Shown piece by piece: positions 27,314 to 35,828 of a stretch of 52,954 nucleotides of DNA. The stretch's first letter is position 1. The number at the start of each line of letters is the position of its first letter. The notes under the pieces are model-generated. The model saw nothing but the letters and a program-made list of their open reading frames with translations, did no database searches and was not told the DNA's origin. The stretch covers positions 7,118 to 60,071 of the forward strand of contig JBMFMH010000001.1 of NCBI GenBank assembly GCA_049970775.1, given 5' to 3'. The translations under genes were made by a program, and so were the position numbers. The stretch is from a bacterium. GTDB taxonomy: Bacteria; Armatimonadota; JACIXR01.

Positions 27314-30300
27314 TTACCGCTTCTTAAGCTCACCCCAAGGTTGGCAGGGAGGCGAGCCGAGGGCTTCCGCATTCTGCCAATGGGAGTCATTGAAATTAAT
27401 TTTCTCCCAGCCCTCTTCCTCTTTCCCTGCTTTCCAGCTCTCATCGCTGAAAAGGATTACTTTACCCTTCTTTCCCGCTGTAAGTTCCACCAATAACCCA
27501 GCTGGACCTTCCTCGTTCCTGCATTTGACCGCTATTGTGTTCTTTCCCTTTTTCAGCAAACCGCTGACATCGTATTTCTCCACAGTTTCCCAAACCCCGT
27601 TTTTCCCGACGAATTTATCGTTGATATACAGCTCGTAGTAATTATCCGCTGTTATATAAAGGAAAGAAGGCTTTGAAACGGACGAGAGGATAAACGATTT
27701 GCGAAAGCAAATCGTTCCTGGTTTGTTTTCTTCCCCTTTTTTCCATATCCATTTAGCTTTCCAAGCGCTTCTCTCTATAGGTGGAAATCTCTTCCCACCT
27801 GGAAGAGATGAGAAAACGAATTCTTCCCCGGGTTTCAGCTTCCTTTTTATATGAAACTCGTATCCCTTTTTTTCGCAAATAATTTCAACCGTATTTTTCG
27901 TAACCCTAATTTTCAAGGGCAGATTTCCGTAGCAAAGATTTTCCACCTCAGCGAATTTTAATGCGGATGGAAGATTTGGCTTTATCTTCAATCCCTCAAC
28001 ATCGGCGTTTATTCCCATTATGCCATAAATGAAGAATGTGGGGACAAGTCCGCTTTCCGGGAAGGGGAGGTCTACTCCTACTTGCCCAGGGTTTTCCTGC
28101 TGCGGTATTTCGCCCCGGAAAAGGGGCGGTCCACCGCATAACTTATCGGGCATAGAATATCTTTTCAAAATTTCCCAGAATCGCTTATATGCATTATCTG
28201 CCCCTAAATATTTCGCCCGAGCCATTAGGTCATAGAAGGAGGTGTAGAGAATTGCGCCTCCATCTTGGCATTGGTCTCCATAGGGAGTTCCGAACCATCC
28301 TCTCACCCACCAGCTTGGATAGGGTTCCTGTGGTTCGTTTCTCATCGGATTATGTATCGTGTTAGCACGAGGGGCGAATATCCACTTGCTATATGTATCC
28401 GGTAAGCCGGAAGAGGTTGGCTCGGTTTCCATCCAATGAAAAATCCTCTTCGCTTTTTCCTCATCCCCTAACCCGTAGGTTAATGCTTCTAAATTTAAGA
28501 AAGTGAAGCCGTAGTCGTGTTTAACCCCGTTTACATCAATACAACCGATGAATCTGCCCTTTTCTTCGTCCCAGAAATTGCGAGCGTAGGCTTCCTTGGC
28601 TTTCCTCATCAAATCCTCATAATAGGAGGGTGGATGCCTCAACTCATATCTCTCTCCCTTTATTCCTCTTTTCTCAAGTAGCCCTTCTATCTCCTTCATT
28701 GCTTGAAGGGAAGCATAGAAATAGATGCTACAGTAACCATCCCTGTAACCAAAGGGAAGTATGTCCCAGTAATTGGAGCTTTGGTCATCGCATCTCCCCA
28801 TAACATCCCTGGAATTAGTTATTATTATCCCTTCCTTTTCTCCCTGCAAATCCTTTAATTGATAATTCATAGCCATTCTTAATTTCCCTATCTGTTTTAA
28901 GAGGAAATCCTCGTCCTTTGTCCAGCAATACCAGCGCCAAACCGCGAGTATGAGCTTGGCACAAGTATCAAAATGCCGGCTATCGTATTGAGGCCAACCC
29001 AAAGGCCAACCCTTGATATCGCCCCAGGTATACACATAGCCGTCATCATCAATTCTTATGCTCTCAAGGTTCCTCTTCTCTCCTTCCTTTAAAGGAGAAC
29101 AAGTCCAGTCCCTTATGAGGGCATCCCATTCCTTCCAGGTCGGGGAACCACCTCCACCCGGAGGATAGGTGAAAGCTCGTTCATAATAGAAACGATTAAG
29201 GAGAGCATCCAATTTGGGGTCGGAGGAGCGGAAACGGGGGAAGAAATCGGGAAGCCAGTCGGAGTGAGGGAAAACTGTTATCTTAAAAGAAGCAAGGGTT
29301 ATTTCCGCTTTGTGGGAAGGGAGAGAATAGAAATGGAAATGCATCGTATCCTCTTCCATTGTCCAAGAGAGGGAGATAGCCTGAGCGGAAAATTGCAAAT
29401 CATAGTTTCCCGTTCCCGTTGCCCTTATCCAATCGCAGGAAATAAGGTTTGGGTCGCTATGGTCTCTTCTTTTCAGCTGTTCTATCGGATAGTATTGTCC
29501 CAAGCTTGTGAAGAAGCGGCTGAAAAGAACACCGCTCTCCCTTGATACATCGTATCCCGATTTTTTCCAGGGCGTGGAAAGCGGGAAGTAAATGTTTGAA
29601 GATTCGCCCTTTATCTCTCCTTCCATTAGAAGCTCATTTCTTCTCAAGGTGAAGGATAAATCAGCCTCACCAACTTTTCTCCATCCCTCAATGCGAATCG
29701 CTCTATCCACATCTGGTTTGGGAGTATCGTTAGTGTATGCTTCCCCTTGGGGGAAGCTTTCCCTTGAGCTCCACCAGCCTATCATCCCTTTAGGCTGAGA
29801 CATCTCTATGTAGTAATCACCGGGAGGAAGGGGAGGAGAGAAGGAAAAGCCTTGCCAGGAATTATCAGGAACATTTTCCAATCTCTTGCTGACGATTACC
29901 TCTCCCTTTGGATTGTTCCTCTTCAAGGTTAAGGTGACGCAGGAATCTTTTCTGCCCCAGGTAGGGATTAATACTTCTATTCTCTTTATATAGAAATCGT
30001 GGAGATGAAATGATTGCCCAAGAGTATTTTCCAAGAGTTCAGCAAACTGGTTGCCAACTTCAATTCTTGCTGGATTGCAATATACAAGCCCCTTAAAAAC
30101 CAACCTATGTTTTTCTTTGTCAACCGATTCAGGTGGGGAAACGAACCAATTAGGGAGGAAATCCTTGGCGATATTTTCCCCGTATCTTCCTTTACCGGTG
30201 GGGTCAAAAGAAAGGGAAGGTTTATCACCTAACTGGAGCCTTATATAGCCATTTGATATCTCAAAGCCACTTTGTGCCCAGAGAAATATCGGAAGAAAAA

Positions 30301-30319
30301 CAAGAAAAAGATGCCTCAC
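27314..30319 (-). CDS. secreted six-hairpin ((alpha/alpha)6) glycosidase-like protein with a C-terminal rhamnosidase-N / galactose-binding-like jelly roll
   Basis: The ORF is open to ATG 30337. GTG 30319 has AGGTGA 7 nt upstream and yields a clean signal peptide (MRHLFLVFLPIFLWAQS). The central region is six-hairpin-like (DGYCSIYFYASLQAM, QDGGAILYTSFYDL, GIMGINADVEGLKIKP). The C-terminal domain carries AKWIWKKGE...FRKSF...ADNYYELYINDKFVG. Confidence 0.7.
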   Translation of the reverse strand: MRHLFLVFLPIFLWAQSGFEISNGYIRLQLGDKPSLSFDPTGKGRYGENIAKDFLPNWFVSPPESVDKEKHRLVFKGLVYCNPARIEVGNQFAELLENTLGQSFHLHDFYIKRIEVLIPTWGRKDSCVTLTLKRNNPKGEVIVSKRLENVPDNSWQGFSFSPPLPPGDYYIEMSQPKGMIGWWSSRESFPQGEAYTNDTPKPDVDRAIRIEGWRKVGEADLSFTLRRNELLMEGEIKGESSNIYFPLSTPWKKSGYDVSRESGVLFSRFFTSLGQYYPIEQLKRRDHSDPNLISCDWIRATGTGNYDLQFSAQAISLSWTMEEDTMHFHFYSLPSHKAEITLASFKITVFPHSDWLPDFFPRFRSSDPKLDALLNRFYYERAFTYPPGGGGSPTWKEWDALIRDWTCSPLKEGEKRNLESIRIDDDGYVYTWGDIKGWPLGWPQYDSRHFDTCAKLILAVWRWYCWTKDEDFLLKQIGKLRMAMNYQLKDLQGEKEGIIITNSRDVMGRCDDQSSNYWDILPFGYRDGYCSIYFYASLQAMKEIEGLLEKRGIKGERYELRHPPSYYEDLMRKAKEAYARNFWDEEKGRFIGCIDVNGVKHDYGFTFLNLEALTYGLGDEEKAKRIFHWMETEPTSSGLPDTYSKWIFAPRANTIHNPMRNEPQEPYPSWWVRGWFGTPYGDQCQDGGAILYTSFYDLMARAKYLGADNAYKRFWEILKRYSMPDKLCGGPPLFRGEIPQQENPGQVGVDLPFPESGLVPTFFIYGIMGINADVEGLKIKPNLPSALKFAEVENLCYGNLPLKIRVTKNTVEIICEKKGYEFHIKRKLKPGEEFVFSSLPGGKRFPPIERSAWKAKWIWKKGEENKPGTICFRKSFILSSVSKPSFLYITADNYYELYINDKFVGKNGVWETVEKYDVSGLLKKGKNTIAVKCRNEEGPAGLLVELTAGKKGKVILFSDESWKAGKEEEGWEKINFNDSHWQNAEALGSPPCQPWGELKKR

Positions 30320-30403
30320 AATGCTTTCACCTCTCATTCAAGCATTATTGGTAAAATATAAAAAACTCCCTTTTACCTAGCAATAGCTTTCGGGTATTTT
30401 ATT

Positions 30404-32050
30404 TCATTCAATTAATTGGAATTCATAAATGGTGGGACCTTCGCTCGCCTCGTAGATATGAAGCCTCCAATAGCGAGCAGTGACAGGGATGAATCTTCTC
30501 TCATATTTTTCCCCGATTTCCGTTCCCATTATCACTGTTTTCCACTCCCCATTTTCATCTGCCCTGCATTCAATGGCGAATCTTTTGACTCTCTTACCGT
30601 ATTCCACAGCTTCTAAAATTCTTACCCCTTTAATTCTTCTTGGTTCTCCTAAATCTACTTCCAGCCAGGCTGAGTTGATGCCAAAATCCGTTGCCCAGCG
30701 TGTGGTTTCATCTTCATCTACAGCTTTTTCCGCCCCGAAAGCGGGCATATTTTGGAAAACATTGGAGCTTTTTGCCTTAATTGAAGGCAAGGTTGCCCCT
30801 GGAAGGGGAGTGATGTCATCTGCTGAACCTTCCAAATGAAGCTTTACGACGGTTATCAAATCGCTATGATACTTTTTGGGGACAATGATTAAGAGTTTCT
30901 TTTCATTTTGTTCAACGATTGCTTTCCCTCCTGTAAGGAGGGAGATTTTCTTTACTTTCTTCTTAATCGGAGGAAGTTCTAACCTATCGCCAGCGAAATT
31001 GAAAACGAAGAGATAGATAACATTCCCTTTATGAGTGCTTGCTCCCCAATTTCCTGGCATAAAAGGACCGCCTCTCGTCCCATATATTCCTTCCCCGTAT
31101 TTAGCCAGCCAATTACCTATTTCTTCTAACCTTTTCGCTTGTCTTTCCTCTATTTCCCCTTCTGGTGTTGGTCCTACATTTAAAAGTAGATTGCCATCTC
31201 CACCAGCGCAACTCACAAGGAGACGAAGACACTGTTTCAAGGATTTTATTTTATCGTTTGGCTTCCAAGCCCACTGGGTTCCTAAGGTGATACAGCTTTC
31301 CCAAGCTCTATTTGAATTGAAAGCTCCTACTTCCTGCTCAGGCGTGTCGTAGTCAGCAGGCAAGCCGGCTCGGTTATTTATTATCGCTTTAGGCAGAATG
31401 CTATGAATCATATTTATCAATTCCGCTGAACGCCATTCCTGTGCAGTATGTTCCCAACCACCATCAAACCAAATTCCATCTGGATGATACTTCAAACATA
31501 ACTCCCTTATCTGTCCAAATACAAAATTGAGATAGCGTTTGAAATCCTCCCGATAATCTGGATGATGCCAATCGCAAAGCGAATAATAGAACATAACCCT
31601 TAGCTTCTCTTTCCTGCAAGACTTCACAAGTTCGCCGATGAAATCCCTTTTCGCCGGGGTGTTCATAGCATCATAGTTGGTAAGCGAGCTATCAAACATA
31701 GAGAAGCCATCGTGATGTTTCGCTACTATAACCACATATTTAGCCCCAGCTCTCTTAAAAAGCATCGCCCATTTCTTCGGATTGAACTTCTTGGGGTTGA
31801 ACTGTTTATAGAGATTATCGTAAACTTCCACGGGAATTTCTCTCCCTCTTGACCAGCCTATTTCCGTCCCTTTTAAGCTTACGGGACCCCAATGAATGAA
31901 AATACCGAACCTCGCTTCCCTCCACCATTTAAGCCTTTGTTCATAACTTGCCTTGCTTTCTCCTGGAATGCTTGAGAGGATATTTTGTCCAAGGGCGAAA
32001 GGCACTATCAAAAGGAAAAAGAGTCCTAAGGGGGGTATTCTTGCAATCAT
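30404..32050 (-). CDS. secreted GH29 alpha-L-fucosidase with a C-terminal F5/8 type C (discoidin) domain
   Basis: Signal peptide, then WWREARFGIFIHWGP, KYVVIVAKHHDGF and WFDGGW motifs. The C-terminal domain of roughly 130 aa has an EKAVDEDETTRW discoidin-like pattern. Confidence 0.9.
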   Translation of the reverse strand: MIARIPPLGLFFLLIVPFALGQNILSSIPGESKASYEQRLKWWREARFGIFIHWGPVSLKGTEIGWSRGREIPVEVYDNLYKQFNPKKFNPKKWAMLFKRAGAKYVVIVAKHHDGFSMFDSSLTNYDAMNTPAKRDFIGELVKSCRKEKLRVMFYYSLCDWHHPDYREDFKRYLNFVFGQIRELCLKYHPDGIWFDGGWEHTAQEWRSAELINMIHSILPKAIINNRAGLPADYDTPEQEVGAFNSNRAWESCITLGTQWAWKPNDKIKSLKQCLRLLVSCAGGDGNLLLNVGPTPEGEIEERQAKRLEEIGNWLAKYGEGIYGTRGGPFMPGNWGASTHKGNVIYLFVFNFAGDRLELPPIKKKVKKISLLTGGKAIVEQNEKKLLIIVPKKYHSDLITVVKLHLEGSADDITPLPGATLPSIKAKSSNVFQNMPAFGAEKAVDEDETTRWATDFGINSAWLEVDLGEPRRIKGVRILEAVEYGKRVKRFAIECRADENGEWKTVIMGTEIGEKYERRFIPVTARYWRLHIYEASEGPTIYEFQLIE

Positions 32051-33288
32051 TCCTTACCACTTCCCTCGCAATAATTTATTTCATTTGCGGTGGAAACTCT
32101 TCTAACGGGCTCCTTAACGACCGCCCTCACTAACATCCAGGAGGAGAAGACGAAGAGGGAGGTAAGCAGGAAAGATGGTCTAATCCCAATCCAGCCTGCC
32201 AAAAATCCACCAGTTGCTGGACCGATAAGATTGGCGAGAAGAGTGGCGCTATTAGTGAGACCGTAAACCCCTCCTCTCCTTTCTGCTGGCACATTATAAG
32301 CTATTATTGACTGAGTGGAAGGTCCCACTCCCGAGGAAAAGACGCCTAAAAGTATCCGCAAAATCCCAAGTTGGTAGGTGCTTCTCACAAAGGCGTGAGG
32401 AATATAGCAAAGGCAGGCACCAAGCATACATATTATCAAAGTTGATTTATAACCTTTTCTATCCGCCCTTTTACCCCAAAGCGGAGTAGCGAAGACATTA
32501 ACAATGCCAGTGGAAGAGAAGATTAAGCCCGTAACAGTTGCTAAAATCTTCTTCTTTACACCCAGGGTGGAGATGAAAAGGGGGAGAACCGGCTCAACGA
32601 GCATAATTCCGAACTGCATAACGAATAAGGAGAAAGCAATCGTGAGGAGTTCCCTTGAATGGAAAAAGAAAGATAAGTTAGCCCTTAAACCATATGAATT
32701 CTTTTGATTGGCGTCGTTTTTTCTTTCCTCTTTAACGAAAATCAAAACCGAAACAGCGCTGATGAAAGCGCAGATTCCCGTTAATTTGAAAAGCTGGCGG
32801 TAGCCGATTGTGTCCGCAAGAACGCCACCGAAGAGAGGACCCGCTATGCTTCCTGCAATCATTGAGGTCTGCAGGAAGCCTATTGAATAGCCGAGGAACT
32901 CCTCGGGGACAGATGTTGTTATCAATGCCATAGAAGGACCGATAAAGCCACCTAATATCCCTTGTAAGGCACGGAGAATAAGTAATTGATGAACATTTTT
33001 CACGAATCCCATCAAGCTGATTATGATAGAAGCGCCAAACATAGCTCTGAGAATCATTCCTTTTCTCCCGTAAATGTCGCCGATTGTGCCCCAAATAGGG
33101 GCGAAGAAGGCGGAGAATAAAAAGGGAATGCCGAAGACAAGACCGCTCCATCGGGCTGCTGAGGCGAATCCTTTCACTCCCAACTCTTGAACATAAAGGG
33201 GGAGGAAGGGCATAACGAAGCTCATCCCGATGAAAATAAGCAATTGGGCAGCCCAGAGGGTGTAGAGATTTTTGCGCCATTGCTGCAT
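32047..33288 (-). CDS. MFS transporter (DHA1 / MdtG-like)
   Basis: 413 aa with about 12 predicted TM segments. Motifs FLPLYVQELGV and GTIGDIYGRK (motif A-like). ATGA overlap with the downstream fucosidase gene. Confidence 0.85.
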   Translation of the reverse strand: MQQWRKNLYTLWAAQLLIFIGMSFVMPFLPLYVQELGVKGFASAARWSGLVFGIPFLFSAFFAPIWGTIGDIYGRKGMILRAMFGASIIISLMGFVKNVHQLLILRALQGILGGFIGPSMALITTSVPEEFLGYSIGFLQTSMIAGSIAGPLFGGVLADTIGYRQLFKLTGICAFISAVSVLIFVKEERKNDANQKNSYGLRANLSFFFHSRELLTIAFSLFVMQFGIMLVEPVLPLFISTLGVKKKILATVTGLIFSSTGIVNVFATPLWGKRADRKGYKSTLIICMLGACLCYIPHAFVRSTYQLGILRILLGVFSSGVGPSTQSIIAYNVPAERRGGVYGLTNSATLLANLIGPATGGFLAGWIGIRPSFLLTSLFVFSSWMLVRAVVKEPVRRVSTANEINYCEGSGKE

Positions 33289-33402
33289 TGTGAATTAAAG
33301 ATTAACCATAATCAGGAAATACAGCAATAGCAATTCATAGGTGGTTTTTCTCTCTTCTATAGATTGGTATTGCTTCTTATATCAAAATCTTGTATTATTA
33401 CA

Positions 33403-33430
33403 TTGACATAGCTTCAAAACGGAATATAAT
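33403..33430 (+). promoter_or_regulatory. consensus sigma70 promoter (TTGACA-16 nt-TATAAT) for the response-regulator gene
   Basis: TTGACA at 33403-33408 and TATAAT at 33425-33430. AAGGAGG at 33453-33459 and the ATG at 33466. Confidence 0.6.
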
Positions 33431-33465
33431 TGATAATAGAAAAAATAGCAAGAAGGAGGCGGGTT

Positions 33466-33870
33466 ATGCCTAAGAAAATTTTAGTTGTAGACGATGAAAG
33501 ACCGATAGTAAGGCTTGTCCAGGTCAACCTGGAGCATGCCGGCTATGAGGTTGTTACCGCATATGATGGTAAGGAAGCCTTAGAGAAAGTAGAGCAGGAG
33601 AAGCCCGACCTGATTATCCTTGATGTTATGATGCCCCAGATGGATGGCTTTGAGGTGATGCAAAGGCTACAGGCTAACCCCAAAACGAGGGATATTCCTG
33701 TCATTATGCTCACCGCTAAGGCACAGGATGCCGATGTGTTCAGAGGTTGGCAGTCGGGTGTAACCCTCTATCTTACAAAACCCTTCAGCCCCTTTGAGTT
33801 GATAAGCTTCGTGCGGAGGATATTTAGAAGCCTTGAGGAGGAAGAGGTAGAAAAGCGCTACGAGATATGA
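33466..33870 (+). CDS. single-domain (CheY-like) response regulator
   Basis: The receiver domain is complete: DD (VVDDE), phospho-acceptor D in LIILDVMMP, T in MLTAK, K in TKPF. No output domain. The tracked TTG 33430 start overlaps the -10 box, so ATG 33466 is preferred. Confidence 0.9.
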   Translation: MPKKILVVDDERPIVRLVQVNLEHAGYEVVTAYDGKEALEKVEQEKPDLIILDVMMPQMDGFEVMQRLQANPKTRDIPVIMLTAKAQDADVFRGWQSGVTLYLTKPFSPFELISFVRRIFRSLEEEEVEKRYEI

Positions 33871-34034
33871 GCAAGGACAAACTCTTGCTTTCCATCCTCT
33901 TGGCGGGAGGAACTATTTGCGGAGTCTTGCTCTACTCCTTGTTTGCCCATAGAGAAGAGAGGAAGTTCGATTCCCTTCTCAAGGTTTGCAAGGAGAGATT
34001 GGAAAGCGTTGAAAGCTTCCTCAATCAAATGTAA
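33867..34034 (+). CDS. 55-aa single-TM microprotein
   Basis: Not in the ORF track. Translates to MSKDKLLLSILLAGGTICGVLLYSLFAHREERKFDSLLKVCKERLESVESFLNQM. Its ATG overlaps the response-regulator stop (ATGA). Its 3' end overlaps the convergent DUF62 gene by 14 nt. Confidence 0.45.
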   Translation: MSKDKLLLSILLAGGTICGVLLYSLFAHREERKFDSLLKVCKERLESVESFLNQM

Positions 34035-34806
34035 CCTCTACCTTATCCCCTCTTTTCAACTTTAAGGAGGAACGAGCGGAACCGAGATTAACGGATATCT
34101 CAAGAAAACCACTGCTCCCTATGATAGCCAAAGGGGTGAGCGGTGGTTTTTCCGCATAAGAGGATGATAAACCCTCAATTGCTACGCTACCCACAATTAC
34201 CCTGACTACTCTAAGTTGCTCTAATTCCTGTTCACTTATGTTCGTAATCGCGTTGCCAAAACGGTCAAAAAAGAGGATTTCCCCCACTATTTTCCTCTCT
34301 TTCCTATCTATAAGAGGAACAGGCAGAGTTATCCTTACGATATCCGCTAATCTCCTCCCCATAGCGGAGGGTATTATGCCTAATGAGAGGTAAGCGGCTG
34401 CGGGGGCAAATATGTCCCTTGCATGGAAGGTTTGGCTCAATTTTTCTAAACGGAAAACAGGGTTCTCTATTAGATAAGGGGAAAAATCCTCTCCTATTGA
34501 TAAGGAGAAAATGCCATTATCTGGTCCAACGAAGAGGTAGTTTGGGGTTTCAATCACTATTGGATGGCGGGATGAGCCAACGCCGGGGTCAACAACCGCA
34601 AGGTGGATTGTTCCGGGCGGGAAAAAGGAATAAGCGGAGCGCAAGGTGAAGGCTGCTTGAAGAATATCCTGAGGCGGGATTTCGTGAGTTAAATCCACTA
34701 TTTTAACATTAGGATTGATGGAGAGAATAACGCCTTTTACAATCCCGACAAAAGGGTCTTTGAGACCGAAATCCGAGGTAAAAGTTATAATCCCGCTCAG
34801 TCTCAA
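34021..34806 (-). CDS. SAM hydrolase / SAM-dependent halogenase family protein (DUF62, SAM hydroxide adenosyltransferase-like)
   Basis: 261 aa. ITFTSDFGLKDPFVGIVKGVI N-terminus, VVDPGVGS, FHARDIFAP. Confidence 0.8.
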   Translation of the reverse strand: MRLSGIITFTSDFGLKDPFVGIVKGVILSINPNVKIVDLTHEIPPQDILQAAFTLRSAYSFFPPGTIHLAVVDPGVGSSRHPIVIETPNYLFVGPDNGIFSLSIGEDFSPYLIENPVFRLEKLSQTFHARDIFAPAAAYLSLGIIPSAMGRRLADIVRITLPVPLIDRKERKIVGEILFFDRFGNAITNISEQELEQLRVVRVIVGSVAIEGLSSSYAEKPPLTPLAIIGSSGFLEISVNLGSARSSLKLKRGDKVEVTFD

Positions 34807-34810
34807 TCCA

Positions 34811-35791
34811 TTACTTGCTTGGTTGTTGGTTCTGCTCCTCAGGGAAGGTTATTTTAATTTGGCTCAAGTTTTGTGGCATATTTGGTTTCTTCTCGGTGAA
34901 AGTAGCCTTGAACTTCATAATTGCACTTATGTTTAATCCACCGGGAGGAGCAGATGATGTTGCGGGAGCGCCCATTTCCATCGTCAACTTCAAGCTGCCT
35001 ACTTGAGAGTCAATCTGTCCTTTGTTGTAATCAAAAAGCATTTCCCCTTTTAACTGCATCTCTCCCGTGAGATTAAAAGCGGTTGCTTGCTGTTGAGCAA
35101 CTTCTAGCTGGGGACCAGGCATTCCCATACTCAAAGGTATGGCGAATGAGAAAGGCGTAGGTGGCATCTCAAAAGCTATCTTGGCGAGTTTTCTGTTCTC
35201 TACTTCCAGGAAATTCGTCAGGTTCATCTTATAAAGCATCGTCATTTTCCCGAAAGGAAGGTTAAGGTCAAGCTTCTTCTCCCACTTATCGCCCACCCCA
35301 ACTGCTTCCTCGGGAAAAACAGTAAGTATGGACATAGACTGAATCATCGTATTAGGGTCAAATCCTGCAAAGGGAGATAGTTGTCCTGTAGGAAGAGGAG
35401 TTAGCAATTTTATTACATTGCCCTTTTTGCCCATTCTCAGCCTAAAAGATTGGGAAGCCATTTGTGGGGGCATAGGTGTTTGTTGCCCCATAACTTCTAT
35501 TTTCCCATCAAGGAATTTGAATTCTATATCCGCCGCCCCATCGCTGTAGGTCTTAAGCGTTTTCATAGACATCAAAAGAGCCATATTAATTGGAAAGGCG
35601 GGAGGAACACCTTGTTCCTGAACGCTTTGCGGCATCTGGAAGTTAACTTGACCCTGGGTTAGGACAAGGACGAAAATAGTTTGCCCCTCCTGAAACTTGT
35701 ATTCTAAATTGACCTTCTCCTGAGCGAGGCTCAGGGGATTTAGGGACAAAGCAAACAAAACAACGAGAAACAATCCCAATAATTTCTTCAT
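34811..35791 (-). CDS. secreted protein of unknown function (paralogue of 35829-36542)
   Basis: 326 aa. Signal peptide MKKLLGLFLVVLFALSLNPLSLAQE, AAGGAGG SD, beta-rich and Q/P/M-rich. Shares three collinear blocks with the upstream gene product. Confidence 0.7.
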   Translation of the reverse strand: MKKLLGLFLVVLFALSLNPLSLAQEKVNLEYKFQEGQTIFVLVLTQGQVNFQMPQSVQEQGVPPAFPINMALLMSMKTLKTYSDGAADIEFKFLDGKIEVMGQQTPMPPQMASQSFRLRMGKKGNVIKLLTPLPTGQLSPFAGFDPNTMIQSMSILTVFPEEAVGVGDKWEKKLDLNLPFGKMTMLYKMNLTNFLEVENRKLAKIAFEMPPTPFSFAIPLSMGMPGPQLEVAQQQATAFNLTGEMQLKGEMLFDYNKGQIDSQVGSLKLTMEMGAPATSSAPPGGLNISAIMKFKATFTEKKPNMPQNLSQIKITFPEEQNQQPSK

Positions 35792-35828
35792 CTTATCAAC
35801 CTCCTTTTTTATTTAGACGATTTCAAAC

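Noticed and set aside
31772-31801. Tandem FNPKK-FNPKK duplication (2 x 15 nt, imperfect) in the fucosidase gene
   Set aside because: I considered a slippage repeat or phase-variation site. The two copies differ at several third positions. The F-x-P-x-K-F-x-P-x-x-W pattern is the normal GH29 N-terminal motif, not a recent duplication.
32732-33280. 182-aa ORF on the - strand in an alternative frame within the MFS transporter gene
   Set aside because: It is on the same strand as, and fully nested in, a 12-TM MFS gene with clear motifs. Its product is Arg/Leu/Ser-rich with no features.
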